NCBI RefSeq assembly: GCF_054482595.1
Contig: NZ_CM137008.1
Strand: one strand, 5' to 3'
DNA length: 64,000 bases
Position numbers and translations under genes: made by a program. Below are positions 10,930 to 24,776 of this stretch, piece after piece. The notes below the pieces were generated by a model. That model was not told where the DNA came from. It saw nothing but the letters and a program-made list of their open reading frames with translations, and made no database searches. Every line of letters begins with the position of its first letter. The first letter of the stretch is position 1.

Positions 10930-12114
10930 TTAATTTGCGGCTTCCTGACGATGAAAACCTCGCCACCAGACCAGTAAGTTAACCAGGGCAATTGTCGCGC
11001 CAGCCAGACAAACGCCAGCCCAACCGCCATGTTGCCAGGCTGAGGCTGAAATTAGCGAACCGGCGGCACCGCCAATAAAGTAGCTGGTCATGTAACCTGC
11101 AGTCAGGCGATTACGCGCATCAGGATGTATTCGATAAATTACCGTCTGGTTAGTGATATGCACGCCCTGTACGGTGAGGTCCAGCACCAGAATGCCGATA
11201 ATCAACGCCAGTACGGAAGTGTGACCAAACCAGATTGCCAGCCATGAAAGTAATAGCAGCAGCAGACCGAAAGTTGTGGTGTGGTGCGATTTGCCCTTGT
11301 CGGCAAAACCGCCCGCCGGACGAGCGCTCAACGCTCCGGCAGCTCCCGCAAGCCCAAACAGACCAATGACACCATCGCTGTAGTTAAAAGGTGGAGCGGC
11401 AAGCAAAAAGGCCATTGAGGTCCAGAGAATGCTGAAGTTGGCAAAGGTCAGGCAGCCCAGCAACGCGCGGGTGCGCAGGATCTTATTGCTGATAAACATA
11501 CTGAAAACGGAACCCAACAACTGTGGGTAATTGAGGTGGGTTTCTGATTTCATTTGTGGCAGACCACGCCATAATGCCAGCGCCATCAGTGCCATTAACA
11601 CCGAGGCAACCCAAAAGACGGTGCGCCAGCCGCCGAGGTTTGCCAGTAACCCGGCAACGGTTCGTGCCAGCAAGATCCCCAACAGCAGACCGCTCATAAT
11701 GGTGCCAACCACTTTGCCGCGTTTGTCCGGTGAAGCCAGCGTCGCTGCCAGTGGAACCAGAATTTGTGCCACGACTGAGAATAAACCGGTTAATGCCGTA
11801 CCGAGGATCATCATCGCCAGCGACTGACTGCTGGCGGTAATCAACATGCCGCATGCCGCCAGTAAGGTCATCGAGACAATCAGGCGGCGGCGTTCAAACA
11901 TATCACCGAGGGGAACAAGAAACAGTAGACCTGCGGCATAGCCCAACTGCGCGGCGGTAACAATAAAGCCTGCCGAACTGGCGGAAAGGGAAAAGTTACG
12001 CGCGATGGTGTCGAGCAATGGCTGGGCGTAATAGTTACTGGCGACCGCCAGACCGGTGGCGATAGACATCAGCACGATCAGCGCCGGGCTAAGCTCATGA
12101 TTAGGTTTAGTCAT
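10930..12114 (-). CDS. ygaY: MFS transporter (intact ygaY-type)
   Basis: 394-aa 12-TMS-like ORF between ygaZ and proX. Confidence 0.8.
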   Translation of the reverse strand: MTKPNHELSPALIVLMSIATGLAVASNYYAQPLLDTIARNFSLSASSAGFIVTAAQLGYAAGLLFLVPLGDMFERRRLIVSMTLLAACGMLITASSQSLAMMILGTALTGLFSVVAQILVPLAATLASPDKRGKVVGTIMSGLLLGILLARTVAGLLANLGGWRTVFWVASVLMALMALALWRGLPQMKSETHLNYPQLLGSVFSMFISNKILRTRALLGCLTFANFSILWTSMAFLLAAPPFNYSDGVIGLFGLAGAAGALSARPAGGFADKGKSHHTTTFGLLLLLLSWLAIWFGHTSVLALIIGILVLDLTVQGVHITNQTVIYRIHPDARNRLTAGYMTSYFIGGAAGSLISASAWQHGGWAGVCLAGATIALVNLLVWWRGFHRQEAAN

Positions 12115-12215
12115 TATTTTTGTTCATCAGGTGATGATTAAGCTGGAAATCAATAATAGCGGATGTTGATGAATATGGGATGAAAGATAGATTGTTGAAA
12201 TGTGCGGTGTGGTTT

Positions 12216-12296
<81 letters not shown>

Positions 12297-12305
12297 GAAT
12301 AAAAA

Positions 12306-13298
12306 TTACTTCTGCGCTGCCAACGCCTCATTCACCCAGCCATCGAACTGTTGCTGGTGGGCTTTGATCCAGCCATCAACGTGGCCCTGAATATCGCCTT
12401 CTGAGGCTTTGCCGTCATGCATAATGGCGTTCTGGGCGTTAATATCTGCCACTGGCAACTGCATAATGGCAAACAGTTTCGCTGCTGCCGGGTTTTTCTC
12501 GGCCCAGGCTTTATTGGCAACGATATGCATGGTGCTGACCGGGAAGCCGTAATTCGCGCCATTCGGCAGTTTGGTATCGGCATTTTTATCGCCCGGCAGT
12601 GCAGAGAACGGCACCTGCAACCAGACCACATCTTTCCCTGGCTTCAGCTCATTACTCACCCAGTACGGCGTCCAGGTGTAGTAAAACACCGGTTTGCCCT
12701 CTTTGTAACGACTGATGGTGTCAGCCATCATCGCCGCGTAGTTCCCCTGATTATGCGTCACGGTATTGGTCAGTTCATACGCGGCAAGCTGGTGGTTGAT
12801 CGCCCCTTCGCAGCCCCAGCCAGGGTTACAGCCAGTCAAATCCGCTTTACCGTCGCCGTTGGTATCGAACAGTTTGGCGATCTTCGGATCTTTTAGTTGT
12901 GCGATGTTGGTGATTTTGTACTGGTCGGCGGTTTTCTTATCGATCAGGTAACCCTGTGCCGCGCCGTTAACAAATACCCCTTCACGATAAAATTTCTTAT
13001 CGCCACCGGCAGCTTCGTACATGTTGTCATGCAGTGGCGTCCAGTTCACGGCGGTGAAGGTTGCATCGCCGGAAGCAAGCGAGGTGTAGCCAACGTTGTA
13101 ATCCACTTCGCTGGGTTTATTGACGGTATAACCTAATTTCTCCAGCGCACGACTGACCAGCAGTGTCTGGAAGGTTTCTTCGGTGATGGTGCTTTGAACT
13201 GGATTAACAGTAATGCCTTTGCCCGGCAGATCGGCAGCAAAAGTTTGTGTAGAGATAAGCGTGGCAAACGCTGTCGCAAAAAGTACGCTATGTCGCAT
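12306..13298 (-). CDS. proX: glycine betaine/proline ABC transporter periplasmic binding protein ProX
   Basis: 330-aa ORF with signal peptide [21 protein letters not shown]. Confidence 0.94.
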
Positions 13299-13354
13299 TG
13301 TTATTCCTTTTTTTGGCAGGGTGATATGCCCGGCGTCACCGGGCAAGTGCAGAG

Positions 13355-14419
13355 TTACTTAATGAATGGGCGGGTCAGCAGACCGACAGGGCCAGTGGTG
13401 TACCAGCGACGGTTGCCGCGACTGCGTGAGTCGCGCCCAACGGCCTGCGTCAGACGATCGAGGATAATGGCGAGGATCACAATCCCGACGCCGCCAACGG
13501 TGGCAAGCCCCATATCCAGACGACCGATACCGCGAAGTACCATCTGACCCAGCCCGCCGACGGCAATCATCGAGGCGATGACCACCATAGAAAGGGCCAG
13601 CATCAGCGTCTGGTTAACGCCCGCCATAATGGTCGGCATCGCCAGCGGTAACTGAACTTTGAACAGCATCTGGCGCGGGCTGGCACCGAATGAGCGCGAG
13701 GCTTCAATCAGATCCGCCGGAACCTGGTTAATCCCCAGAATGGTCAGACGGATAATCGGCGGCAGAGCAAAGATGATCGTCACCACCACGCCCGGCACGT
13801 TACCGATACCAAATAGCATGACGATTGGCACCAGATAAACAAACGCTGGCGTGGTCTGCATGGCATCAAGCAGTGGACGAATAATTTTCGCCGCTCGCGG
13901 ACTTCTCGCCAGCCAGATCCCCAACGGCAAACCGATGACGATACAGAACAGCAGGGCGGTTAACACCAGCGCCAGAGTCACCATTGCCTGCGACCAGGCA
14001 CCGATTGCGCCGATGGCAATCAGCGAAACCAGCGTCGCCACACCCATTCCGACCCCGGAAATCTGCCAGGCGATGAGAGCGAAAACGATAATCGCCACCG
14101 GTGCGGGCATACCCAGCAGCAATTGCTGGAAACCGTTGAGGATATAATCAACCGGAACGCGCACGCCCTGGAAGACGGGACGGAAATGGGTAACGACCCA
14201 GTCGATCCCTTCAGTGACCCAACTGTCGAGCGGGATCAGCGTTTTATGGAACGGATCGAGAATATTAAAATGCTCGACGTTTGGCGCAGGCGTACTGGTC
14301 AGCCAGTCAGCACCACCGCCGTCAGTCGGTGCAGTCGCCGGTGTACCCCAGGCGTCTGCGGATTGTGCGGCACTGTCCGCCGCTGGCGTGGTATCCCACG
14401 GATTATTTTGATCAGCCAT
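13355..14419 (-). CDS. proW: glycine betaine/proline ABC transporter permease ProW
   Basis: 354-aa membrane ORF. Confidence 0.94.
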
Positions 14420-15614
14420 TATTTACCCCCTCACGATCTAAAGCGCGCAGCAGCATTCCTTTCGAAATGATGCCGACATACTGTTGGTCCTCGTCGACCA
14501 CGGGCACCGCACAGGGTGCCTGTCCGACATGAGAGAGCAACTCGCTAAGAGGCGTTTGTGCATCGACTGCTAACGGCGCATCAATCAGCGCCGCATCAAG
14601 ACCTTGCTGCTGCGTTAACGCGGTTTTAAGCGAATCGATGGAGACAGCGCCGACAAACTTATTACCGCGTTCGATAACGTAGCCATATTCGCGATCTTCA
14701 TCCTGCAATAATTTCAGTGCCGAACGTGGGCCGAAGCCAGGGGTTTTACGAATTAAGCCATTTGGTGTCCGGCGGGCAATATCTTTCGCACTGAATACCT
14801 GACTAATATCAACGCCACGGAAGAAGGTACGGACATAATCATTCGCCGGATTATTGAGAATTTCATCCGGTGTGCCGACCTGTACCACTTCACCATTTTG
14901 CATAATGGCAATTCGGTCGCCAATACGCATGGCTTCATCGAGATCGTGGGAAATAAAGACAATGGTGCGCTGATGTTTCGCCTGTAATTTTACCAGCTCA
15001 TCCTGCATCTCGGTGCGAATTAATGGATCGAGCGCCGAGAAGGCTTCATCCATTAATAAAATATCCGGATTAATTGCTAACGCGCGGGCTAATCCCACAC
15101 GTTGACGCATCCCGCCAGAGAGTTCATCCGGGTAGCTGTGGGCATAATTTTCCAGCCCGACCTGACGCAGTGCATCAATGGCTTTTTCCCGGCGTTCTTC
15201 GGCATTAATTCCGGCCAATTCCATACCAAACGCAGTATTGTCCAGCACGGTCATATGCGGCATTAAGGCAAAGGACTGGAAGACCATCGCAATCTTTTTT
15301 CTGCGCACCTCACGGAGTTCGGCGTCGGATATTTTGGCAATATCCACACCATCAATCAGTACTTGCCCGCGGGTGGGTTCAATCAGGCGATTGAGAAGGC
15401 GTACCATTGTGGATTTACCCGAACCGGATAATCCCATGATGACAAATATCTCGCCTTCTTCAATGGCCAGACTGGCGTCTTTTACGCCAAGCGATAGCCC
15501 AGTTTTTTCCAGAATTTGTTCTTTTGAAAGTCCTTGTTCGATATATTTGAAAGCTCGCTGTGGATGCTCACCAAATATTTTATAAAGATTTTTAATTTCT
15601 AATTTAATTGCCAT
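14412..15614 (-). CDS. proV: glycine betaine/proline ABC transporter ATPase ProV (with CBS domains)
   Basis: 400-aa ORF with Walker [10 protein letters not shown] and ABC signature LSGGMRQR. Confidence 0.95.
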   Translation of the reverse strand: MAIKLEIKNLYKIFGEHPQRAFKYIEQGLSKEQILEKTGLSLGVKDASLAIEEGEIFVIMGLSGSGKSTMVRLLNRLIEPTRGQVLIDGVDIAKISDAELREVRRKKIAMVFQSFALMPHMTVLDNTAFGMELAGINAEERREKAIDALRQVGLENYAHSYPDELSGGMRQRVGLARALAINPDILLMDEAFSALDPLIRTEMQDELVKLQAKHQRTIVFISHDLDEAMRIGDRIAIMQNGEVVQVGTPDEILNNPANDYVRTFFRGVDISQVFSAKDIARRTPNGLIRKTPGFGPRSALKLLQDEDREYGYVIERGNKFVGAVSIDSLKTALTQQQGLDAALIDAPLAVDAQTPLSELLSHVGQAPCAVPVVDEDQQYVGIISKGMLLRALDREGVNNG

Positions 15615-15969
15615 GCAATAGAAAGATTCCTGTTATTTGTTTATGTCGATACATTACCCAATGGAAATAGTCACTTTTTTCTACCCTAACATACTGAGAA
15701 TCTGAGGCAACCCCTGAGGGCAAATGTGGCATGAATATTGATGTGAGCAAATCGCCGGAATTTCCCGTGATATAAGGGCTGAGAGCAAATCGAGAAAAGT
15801 TGATATTTTTTGTCAAAGATAGCGAAAAAACGCCTGAATATTGTGGTTTCAGGCGAATAATGCAACAGAGTATCAGTGTAGATCACCACAAAATATTTGC
15901 GTGATAAAAAGCTATTTGGCGGGAATTATTTCCCTGTCGCGGGTAGTGATATTTTTGAAAATAACACCC

Positions 15970-16938
<969 letters not shown>

Positions 16939-19083
16939 TTAAAGTGCACAGGAGACGCAGCCTTCAATTTCAGTGCCTTCCAGCGCCATCTGACGCAGGC
17001 GGATGTAATAGAGCGTTTTGATACCCTTGCGCCAGGCGTAAATCTGCGCTTTGTTGATATCGCGAGTGGTGGCGGTATCGGGGAAAAACAGCGTCAGCGA
17101 CAGCCCCTGATCGACATGGCGAGTCGCTTCCGCGTAGGTGTCGATGATCTTTTCTGCGCCGATTTCGTAAGCGTCCTGATATAGCGCCAGATTTTCGTTA
17201 GTCATAAACGGGGCAGGGTAGTAAACGCGTCCTGTTTTGCCCTCTTTGCGTATCTCTACTTTCGCCACAATCGGATGAATACTCGACGTAGCATGGTTGA
17301 TATAAGAGATAGAACCGGTTGGCGGCACCGCCTGGAGATTCTGGTTGTAAATGCCGTATCGCATCACGTCATCGCGCAGTTGCGCCCACATCTCACGGGT
17401 AGGTAACGTAATACCGCTGCGGGCAAACAGTTCGCCAACTTTCGCCGTTTTCGGCTGCCAGTTACCTTGCAGATATTGGCTGAAATATTCACCACTGGCA
17501 TAGCGTGACTGTTTGAACCCGGCGAAGGTTTGACCGCGTTCGCGCGCCAGCAACATCGAGGTACGCAGTGCGTGCCAGGTGATGGTATAGAAATAGAGAT
17601 TGGTGAAATCCAGTGCTTCCGGCGAACCATAAGCGATGCCTTCCCTCGCCAGATAACCATGTAAATTCATCTGCCCCAGTCCGATGGCGTGCGAGGCGGC
17701 ATTTCCGGCTTCGATGGAGGGCACGCTGCGGATATGACTCATATCTGACACCGCCGTTAAACCGCGTACGGCAGTCTCTACCGTGCGGGCAAAGTCGGGG
17801 GAATCCATGGTGTGGGCAATATTCAACGAACCTAAATTGCAGGAGATATCATGGCCTGTGCGGGCATAGTCGAGATTCTCGTTATACTCTGAGGCGCTGT
17901 TAACCTGCAAAATTTCTGAGCAGAGATTACTCATATTTATGCGCCCGGCGATAGGGTTAGCACGGTTTACCGTGTCTTCATACATGATGTACGGATAGCC
18001 AGACTCAAACTGGATTTCTGCCAGTCGCTGGAAGAAATCACGGGCGTTGAGGTATTTTTTGCGAATGCGTTCATCGGCAACCAGTTCGTCATAGTGTTGG
18101 CTGATGGCCACATCGGCAAACGGCTTGCCATAAACTCGCTCTACGTCATAAGGCGAAAACAGCGCCATCTGCGCATTCTCTTTTGCCAGATGGAAAGTGA
18201 TATCCGGGATCACCACGCCCAGCGACAGTGTTTTAATGCGGATTTTTTCGTCGGCATTTTCCCGTTTCGTGTCGAGAAAACGCAGAATATCGGGATGATG
18301 AGCATGTAAATAGACTGCACCAGCCCCCTGACGAGCGCCGAGTTGGTTGGCATAGGAAAATGCGTCTTCCAGCATTTTCATCACCGGAATTACGCCAGAA
18401 GATTGATTTTCAATACGTTTAATTGGCGCGCCCGCTTCTCGCAGATTCGACAGCAAAAATGCCACGCCGCCGCCGCGTTTCGACAGTTGTAGTGCGGAAT
18501 TTACCGCCCGGCCAATCGACTCCATATTGTCTTCAATACGCAGCAGAAAACAGGAAACCAGTTCGCCGCGCTGCTGCTTACCGCAGTTGAGGAATGTCGG
18601 CGTGGCTGGCTGAAAGCGTCCTGACAGCATCTCATCAGTGAGCTGCGTCGCCAGTGTTTCATCGCCTTGTGCCAGCGTCAGCGCCACCATCGTGACTCGA
18701 TCGGCAAAATCTTCCAGATAACGTTTACCGTCGAATGTCTTCAACGTATAGCTGGTGTAAAACTTCCATGCCCCGAGGAATGTCTGGAAACGAAAACCGC
18801 TGGTGTGTGCGTGGGCAAACAGCGTAATGACAAAGTCGCGAGGGTAGCGATTAAGAACGCTTTCATCATAGTAACCTTCGTTGACCAGCCAGTTCAGGCG
18901 CTGCTGCTGGCTACTGAAGGTCACACTGTTCGGACGCACATGCGTCGCAATAAAGGCGTCAACGGCCTGGCGGTCTTTATCGAACTGAATGCGACCTGCG
19001 CTATCGTAGAGGTTAAGCATCGCATTCAGCGCGTGATAATCCATCGTTTCCTGCGTCAGGCGTTCTGCGGTTGTCGTTGCCAA
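16939..19083 (-). CDS. nrdE: class Ib ribonucleotide reductase alpha subunit
   Basis: 714-aa ORF. Confidence 0.95.
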   Translation of the reverse strand: MATTTAERLTQETMDYHALNAMLNLYDSAGRIQFDKDRQAVDAFIATHVRPNSVTFSSQQQRLNWLVNEGYYDESVLNRYPRDFVITLFAHAHTSGFRFQTFLGAWKFYTSYTLKTFDGKRYLEDFADRVTMVALTLAQGDETLATQLTDEMLSGRFQPATPTFLNCGKQQRGELVSCFLLRIEDNMESIGRAVNSALQLSKRGGGVAFLLSNLREAGAPIKRIENQSSGVIPVMKMLEDAFSYANQLGARQGAGAVYLHAHHPDILRFLDTKRENADEKIRIKTLSLGVVIPDITFHLAKENAQMALFSPYDVERVYGKPFADVAISQHYDELVADERIRKKYLNARDFFQRLAEIQFESGYPYIMYEDTVNRANPIAGRINMSNLCSEILQVNSASEYNENLDYARTGHDISCNLGSLNIAHTMDSPDFARTVETAVRGLTAVSDMSHIRSVPSIEAGNAASHAIGLGQMNLHGYLAREGIAYGSPEALDFTNLYFYTITWHALRTSMLLARERGQTFAGFKQSRYASGEYFSQYLQGNWQPKTAKVGELFARSGITLPTREMWAQLRDDVMRYGIYNQNLQAVPPTGSISYINHATSSIHPIVAKVEIRKEGKTGRVYYPAPFMTNENLALYQDAYEIGAEKIIDTYAEATRHVDQGLSLTLFFPDTATTRDINKAQIYAWRKGIKTLYYIRLRQMALEGTEIEGCVSCAL

Positions 19084-19466
19084 AATTCGGTTACTCCTTT
19101 ACGAACGTTTTCGATATCGCTTTGCGTACCCATGAGTTCAAAACGGTACAGCCACGGCACGCCGCATTTCCGGGCAATCACATCTCCGGCGCGGCCATAC
19201 GCCTCACCAAAGTTGCGATTACCCGAAGCAATAACGCCGCGCAGCAATGCCCGGTTATGCTCGTTGTTTAAAAAGCGAATTACCTGTCGTGGCACCGCGC
19301 CAGCCGTACCGCCGCCGCCGTAAGAGGGCACGATCAGGATGTAAGGCTCGTCTACCTGAATCCGTTCCCGCTCATTGAGCGGGATGCGCACCGCGGGCAG
19401 CCCTAAACGTTCGATAAAACGCTGCGTATTTTCGGAGCTGCTGGAGAAGTAGACGAGCTGGCTCAT
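19056..19466 (-). CDS. nrdI: flavodoxin-like NrdI
   Basis: 136-aa ORF overlapping nrdE start. Confidence 0.93.
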   Translation of the reverse strand: MSQLVYFSSSSENTQRFIERLGLPAVRIPLNERERIQVDEPYILIVPSYGGGGTAGAVPRQVIRFLNNEHNRALLRGVIASGNRNFGEAYGRAGDVIARKCGVPWLYRFELMGTQSDIENVRKGVTEFWQRQPQNA

Positions 19467-19708
19467 GCACTGGCCGCGTGTGGCGCTGGATGCAGACGGT
19501 TAATCATGTCCGGACGGAAACCAGACCAGCTAAGATCGCCAGCAATCACTACCGGCAACTGACGAAAGCCCTGAGCACGCAACGCTTCTGCCGCTTCAGG
19601 AACGCGATCGACATTAATCATTTCAAAATCAAAGCCCCGGTTTTCCATCGCCCGTTTGGTGGCGTGGCACTGAACGCAATCGTTACGAGTGTAAATAGTA
19701 ATGCGCAT
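19463..19708 (-). CDS. nrdH: glutaredoxin-like NrdH
   Basis: 81-aa ORF with CVQC redox motif. Confidence 0.93.
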   Translation of the reverse strand: MRITIYTRNDCVQCHATKRAMENRGFDFEMINVDRVPEAAEALRAQGFRQLPVVIAGDLSWSGFRPDMINRLHPAPHAASA

Positions 19709-19955
19709 GATTCGTATTTCCGTTTAAAATGAAGATACGGCGCGATGATACGCGTCGGGTTGTCTCTCTGTTGATACAGAGATACTAGATGTAGTTGAAA
19801 AAAGATTCAACCACACAATATATAGCAAATAGTGGTCGGAATTACCCTGGATATGAGCGTGACGGGGTAGGGGGATTTGTGTGATTTAAGAGGCAAAAAG
19901 AAACCCCGAAAACAGGCTTCGGGGTCAAAGACGCGTATTTATTATCATTTTTGCA

Positions 19956-20285
19956 CTACGATTTGCGCATGCTTAACAGTGCGCCGATAAAAATACCTAC
20001 CGCAGCTGCTGTACCCACGCTACACCAGGGTCTTTCACGAACAAAAGAATCCGCGCAGCCAACGGCATCGCGTGCGGCTTGCTGGACGCGAGTACGACCA
20101 TGCATTCGCGCCCTGGTTTCTTTCAGCAATGCCTGAGCTTTACTTCGTGCGGCTTCAGCTTCCCCTTTGGCGTCGCTGCCCCAGGACTTCAATACAGATT
20201 CGAGGCTGTCAGCTAATTGATTGACATCATTCTGGATATCCTGCACGCCATCATCAACGTCGTTGCGGTTCGGTCGGTTAAACAT
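19956..20285 (-). CDS. ygaM: ElaB/YqjD-family membrane-anchored protein YgaM
   Basis: 109-aa ORF MFNRPNRNDVDDGVQDIQNDV... with C-terminal TM anchor. Confidence 0.88.
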   Translation of the reverse strand: MFNRPNRNDVDDGVQDIQNDVNQLADSLESVLKSWGSDAKGEAEAARSKAQALLKETRARMHGRTRVQQAARDAVGCADSFVRERPWCSVGTAAAVGIFIGALLSMRKS

Positions 20286-20436
20286 ATGATCCCCCATTAG
20301 AATTCGATGTAATTTTCAGTGTAGACCATAATTTTCTTAACTGAGGTTCATCGCGGCTTTATGGACTTTTCTGAAAGCGTTGTGAATGCGCAATCAGGTA
20401 AGGTAGGCCCGCGGTTGATAATAACGAGGATCAAAT

Positions 20437-20781
20437 ATGTATTTACGACCAGACGAGGTGGCGCGCGTACTTGAAAAAGTCGGTTTTACTGTCGATGTGG
20501 TAACCCAGAAAGCGTATGGTTACCGCCGTGGGGAAAATTATGTCTATGTTAATCGCGAAGCGCGAATGGGACGTACCGCACTGGTAATTCATCCAACATT
20601 AAAAGAACGTAGTTCGACACTGGCTGAACCCGCTTCCGATATTAAAACTTGCGATCATTATCAACAATTTCCGCTCTATTTAGCAGGCGAGCGACACGAG
20701 CATTACGGTATCCCGCATGGCTTTAGTTCGCGTGTTGCGCTTGAACGTTATTTGAATGGTTTATTTGGCGAAGCCAGTTAA
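20437..20781 (+). CDS. ygaC: uncharacterized protein YgaC
   Basis: 114-aa ORF at the conserved locus position. Confidence 0.85.
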
Positions 20782-20817
20782 AGACGCGACTGGCGATGCC
20801 AGTCGCGAAAAGAAGAG

Positions 20818-21267
20818 TCAGGCTTTTACCTGCTGGTAATGGCTGACTTTAAACAGTCGGCGGCAATAATCGAGGAAGTAGCCATAAACCGCCCCCATCA
20901 ACATCGAAACAACGATGTTTGAACTGACCGCCGCCATAATCTGATGCCAGTCTGCGCCCACCACTAACAAGATCGCCACATACACCGGTGACTGGAACGT
21001 CACATAAGCCAGGATATCCGCCAGATTTTTTATCCAGCCCGACGGGCTAACTTTGCGTGCCGCGCGCATAAACAGATCGCGGTACATACCGTATGGCCAT
21101 GCAATTAAGATGTTCACCGGAATCGCTACCAATCTGGAATAAAAAGACTGTTCGAAGCTCATTCCGGAGAGGAAAACTTCAATACACATGTTCACGACAG
21201 AACAGTAAACAACCATCGCGAACGTATCTGCAACTGCATGACGCAAGCGTGACTGCGGTGAGAACAT
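20818..21267 (-). CDS. alaE: L-alanine exporter AlaE
   Basis: 149-aa membrane ORF. Confidence 0.88.
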   Translation of the reverse strand: MFSPQSRLRHAVADTFAMVVYCSVVNMCIEVFLSGMSFEQSFYSRLVAIPVNILIAWPYGMYRDLFMRAARKVSPSGWIKNLADILAYVTFQSPVYVAILLVVGADWHQIMAAVSSNIVVSMLMGAVYGYFLDYCRRLFKVSHYQQVKA

Positions 21268-21934
21268 GCTAATGCTCCTTAATAAAAGCGTAATGGGATG
21301 TTAATGGAGATGAAAGCAGTGGATCTCATTGCCATCTGCATTTTCGCATAGCGTATATCGCTGGCTATGACTAATCAATTAGTGAAAAATTTTTATTTAG
21401 TCAGTTTTTGTAGATAAAATATTCCGTAACGGCTCGTTTTTTGTACATTGTGGATTTTTACATGCCGATATGATTTATTTTCAATTAAATCAATTAGATA
21501 TGACCTTGCCTTTAATTTCACTAATGAAAGTTTGGGGGTGAGGTAACGCTATAAGCGTAGAGAATTCGGTGTATGTCGTGACCGGGTCATTTACAGCATT
21601 TTTTATGCCAGAAAATGTACATTAACAGCAGAAAGCACCAGTGATGGATGTTTTCTTTTATTCTGTTATATTGCATTTTTATTCACTTTGGTTTTGTCAG
21701 GCTTGCGGAATTAGCGAGCAGAGAGCGCCGTTCTGTTCACCAATAATCTAAATTACTCATCAAAATGGCTAATATATAATCTTGAAATTATTCTGAGAGT
21801 TTCAGAAAATAACAGCTGAAATAATCTCGCGCAGGACTGTAAATAGATTAAATTTTGTGGAAATATAATAAGTGATCGCTTACACTACGCGACGAAATAC
21901 TTTTTTGTTTTGGCGTTAAAAGGTTTTCTTTATT

Positions 21935-22339
21935 ATGTCCGTAATGTTACAAAGTTTAAATAACATTCGCACCCTCCGTGCGATGGCTCGCGAATTCTCC
22001 ATTGACGTTCTTGAAGAAATGCTCGAAAAATTCAGGGTTGTCACTAAAGAAAGACGTGAAGAAGAAGAACAGCAGCAGCGTGAACTGGCAGAGCGCCAGG
22101 AAAAAATTAGCACCTGGCTGGAGCTGATGAAAGCTGACGGAATTAACCCGGAAGAGTTATTGGGTAATAGCTCTGCTGCTGCACCACGCGCTGGTAAAAA
22201 ACGCCAGCCGCGTCCGGCGAAATATAAATTCACCGATGTTAACGGTGAAACTAAAACCTGGACCGGTCAGGGCCGTACACCGAAGCCAATCGCTCAGGCG
22301 CTGGCAGAAGGTAAATCTCTCGACGATTTCCTGATCTAA
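21935..22339 (+). CDS. stpA: H-NS paralogue StpA
   Basis: 134-aa [36 protein letters not shown]..., preceded by about 650 bp of AT-rich leader. Confidence 0.95.
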   Translation: MSVMLQSLNNIRTLRAMAREFSIDVLEEMLEKFRVVTKERREEEEQQQRELAERQEKISTWLELMKADGINPEELLGNSSAAAPRAGKKRQPRPAKYKFTDVNGETKTWTGQGRTPKPIAQALAEGKSLDDFLI

Positions 22340-22385
22340 TTACTGAGGCCGGATGTCGCTGCCAGGGCGCGTCCGGCGTCGCTTC

Positions 22386-22910
22386 TCAAGCTCGTTGGTT
22401 CCACGGCATCTTATCTAACAACCTTGCCATTCCACAAAAACCGCTGATTCCTGCAAACAGTAACCCGGCACCAACCAAGCCACTTAATAAGAAGAAACCG
22501 CTATTTACGGTATAACCCAGTACAACGCCGATTAATATTAAACCACCCGCAGCGATCTGCACCTGGCGCATTAACGGCAAGGGTTGAGATTTATTTACCG
22601 CTACTGGCAATCCTGCTTTTTTCCAGCCATCAATCCCATCTTCGAGTAAAAAGATTTCTGCGGGGGCGGCAATCGCTGCTAATTTATCGGCATTATTACT
22701 GGTGCGTTTACCTGCCTGGCAGTGGAATATAATTTGCTCGTGACGTAATTTAGCCGGAAGACCTGACTGTTCCAGCACGGATAATGGAGCCAGATCTGCT
22801 TCAGGAATATGTTCACGAAGATATTCATCAGCATCACGAATATCGATTAACTTTGCGCCGCGTGCGATTAATTCTTGTGCATCATGCGGCGAAATGGTTG
22901 TCAAAGCCAT
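22386..22910 (-). CDS. ygaP: membrane-anchored rhodanese YgaP
   Basis: 174-aa ORF with rhodanese CQAGKR active-site loop and C-terminal TM helices. Confidence 0.9.
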   Translation of the reverse strand: MALTTISPHDAQELIARGAKLIDIRDADEYLREHIPEADLAPLSVLEQSGLPAKLRHEQIIFHCQAGKRTSNNADKLAAIAAPAEIFLLEDGIDGWKKAGLPVAVNKSQPLPLMRQVQIAAGGLILIGVVLGYTVNSGFFLLSGLVGAGLLFAGISGFCGMARLLDKMPWNQRA

Positions 22911-22919
22911 AGTGACTCC

Positions 22920-23219
22920 TTACGGACAATAGACATTTTTCAGGGTGGCGATAATGGCATTTACCGCCTCATTTTTAATGGAATATAGAATGCGTTGGGC
23001 ATCCCGTTGGCTGTCGATAAGCCCTTCGTCCCGCATACGAGCGAGATGCTGTGATGTCGCAGAGGCACTCAGTCCGGTAATGCGCGTCAGCTCTCCCGCG
23101 CTGGTGCCGGGGGAACCGCTAAGCATGCACAGAATCAGCAATCGTTTAGGGTGGCTCATTGCTTTCAATAAGGCCGCTGCCTGTTCAGCACTGGCCTGTA
23201 ATTGCGTGAGTTCGGTCAT
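22920..23219 (-). CDS. ygaV: ArsR-family transcriptional regulator YgaV
   Basis: 99-aa ORF with winged-helix motif. Confidence 0.9.
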   Translation of the reverse strand: MTELTQLQASAEQAAALLKAMSHPKRLLILCMLSGSPGTSAGELTRITGLSASATSQHLARMRDEGLIDSQRDAQRILYSIKNEAVNAIIATLKNVYCP

Positions 23220-23401
23220 AGTTATTTAAGTATTTTCTAAATTAAGTAAACTCTAAACTAAAAATGCAACATATACCAGCCTCAGCAGCGTAAATGAGAG
23301 TAAAAGCGTAAGCTGAAACTGGCAGCCTCCGCTAAAATTACTACGCTTAAGAGATAAAATCTCTTTTTAAACAATGAGTAATTTTCTTATAGGGAGTACA
23401 T

Positions 23402-23560
23402 ATGGGTTTCTGGAGAATCGTCATCACCATCATTCTGCCGCCGCTCGGCGTGCTGCTCGGTAAAGGGTTCGGTTGGGCGTTCATTATTAATATTCTGCTG
23501 ACACTGCTTGGGTATATCCCCGGTTTGATTCACGCGTTCTGGGTGCAAACCCGCGATTAA
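23402..23560 (+). CDS. yqaE: Pmp3/UPF0057-family small membrane protein YqaE (52 aa)
   Basis: MGFWRIVITIILPPLGVLLGKGFGWAFIINILLTLLGYIPGLIHAFWVQTRD; missed by the ORF track (too short), which instead lists an antisense ORF. Confidence 0.85.
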   Translation: MGFWRIVITIILPPLGVLLGKGFGWAFIINILLTLLGYIPGLIHAFWVQTRD

Positions 23561-23643
23561 ACCTGTGCTCATCCCCGCGGCGTTAACGCGCCGCGTTCCT
23601 CTGCTACACTTTCTGAGTGTTTCCGTTAACGAATGAGGTAGCT

Positions 23644-24093
23644 ATGGGTCTGTTCAATTTTGTGAAAGATGCCGGAGAAAAACTCTGGGACGCGGTTACA
23701 GGTCAGCACGATAAAGACGATCAGGCGAAGAAGGTGCAGGAGCATCTGAACAAAACCGGTATACCTGATGCCGATAAAGTGAATATTCAAATTGCCGACG
23801 GCAAAGCGACGGTCACTGGTGACGGCCTGAGTCAGGAGGCGAAAGAGAAAATCCTTGTTGCGGTGGGGAATATTTCCGGCATTGCCAGTGTTGATGATCA
23901 GGTGAAAACGGCGACACCAGCCACTGCCAGCCAGTTTTATACCGTTAAGTCTGGCGACACTCTGAGTGCCATTTCCAAACAGGTCTACGGTAACGCCAAT
24001 CTGTACAATAAAATCTTCGAAGCGAATAAACCGATGCTAAAAAGCCCGGATAAAATTTACCCGGGGCAAGTGTTGCGTATTCCTGAAGAGTAG
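23644..24093 (+). CDS. kbp: potassium-binding protein Kbp (BON + LysM)
   Basis: 149-aa [23 protein letters not shown]...; SD-supported internal ATG of the listed ORF. Confidence 0.9.
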
Positions 24094-24756
24094 TTAATTG
24101 CCAGCCATCGCCTGCTGGATAATGGGAATTGGCGTCAGTAAATGCTGGCGCATTAACTCACTGGCGCGCGCGGTATCTCGCGCCAGTACCGCCGCAGTCA
24201 GGGTCTGGTGCTGATCGTGTTTATCCTCCAGCATTTCCACCGAAAGCACTGTTTGTCGCAGCCAGATAAATCGATAGCGCGCCGCCAGATCAAACAACCG
24301 TTCACGCATTTGCAGCAAATAGTGAGAACCACAGCCCGCCACAATTGCCGTATGAAACGCCTGATGACGCAGATCCCACTCATCAAGCATTTTCTCGCTG
24401 GCGTCACGGGCCTCAAGCTTACTCAACAGATGCGCTTTTGCGAGAACGTCTGCCTCCCACTCATCGCCACCGCGGGCAATCGCCAGACTCACTAACATCG
24501 CTTCCATATTGGCGCGGGCGTCGAAAATATCGAGCAGCTCCTGCTCTGACATAGACGCCACCCGATACCCTTTTTGATTCACCACCGTGACCAGCCGTTC
24601 CGCCACCAGTTGCGAAAGAGCTTCCCGTAACGGCCCAACGCCAAGTGCATAACGCGATGTCAGCAAACTCATTCGTAATTTTTCATCCGGTTGAAAATTA
24701 CCGCGAATAATATCGTTCTTCAGCCAGCGATAGCCATCCAGAGACGTAATGGTCAT
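24094..24756 (-). CDS. csiR: GntR-family repressor CsiR
   Basis: 220-aa ORF MTITSLDGYRWLKNDIIRG... Confidence 0.9.
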   Translation of the reverse strand: MTITSLDGYRWLKNDIIRGNFQPDEKLRMSLLTSRYALGVGPLREALSQLVAERLVTVVNQKGYRVASMSEQELLDIFDARANMEAMLVSLAIARGGDEWEADVLAKAHLLSKLEARDASEKMLDEWDLRHQAFHTAIVAGCGSHYLLQMRERLFDLAARYRFIWLRQTVLSVEMLEDKHDQHQTLTAAVLARDTARASELMRQHLLTPIPIIQQAMAGN

Positions 24757-24776
24757 GGTGTGACTCCTGATCATTA

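Noticed and set aside
23387-23572. 61-aa minus-strand ORF from the track
   Set aside because: The same DNA encodes the recognisable 52-aa YqaE membrane protein on the plus strand; the minus-strand frame is an artefact.
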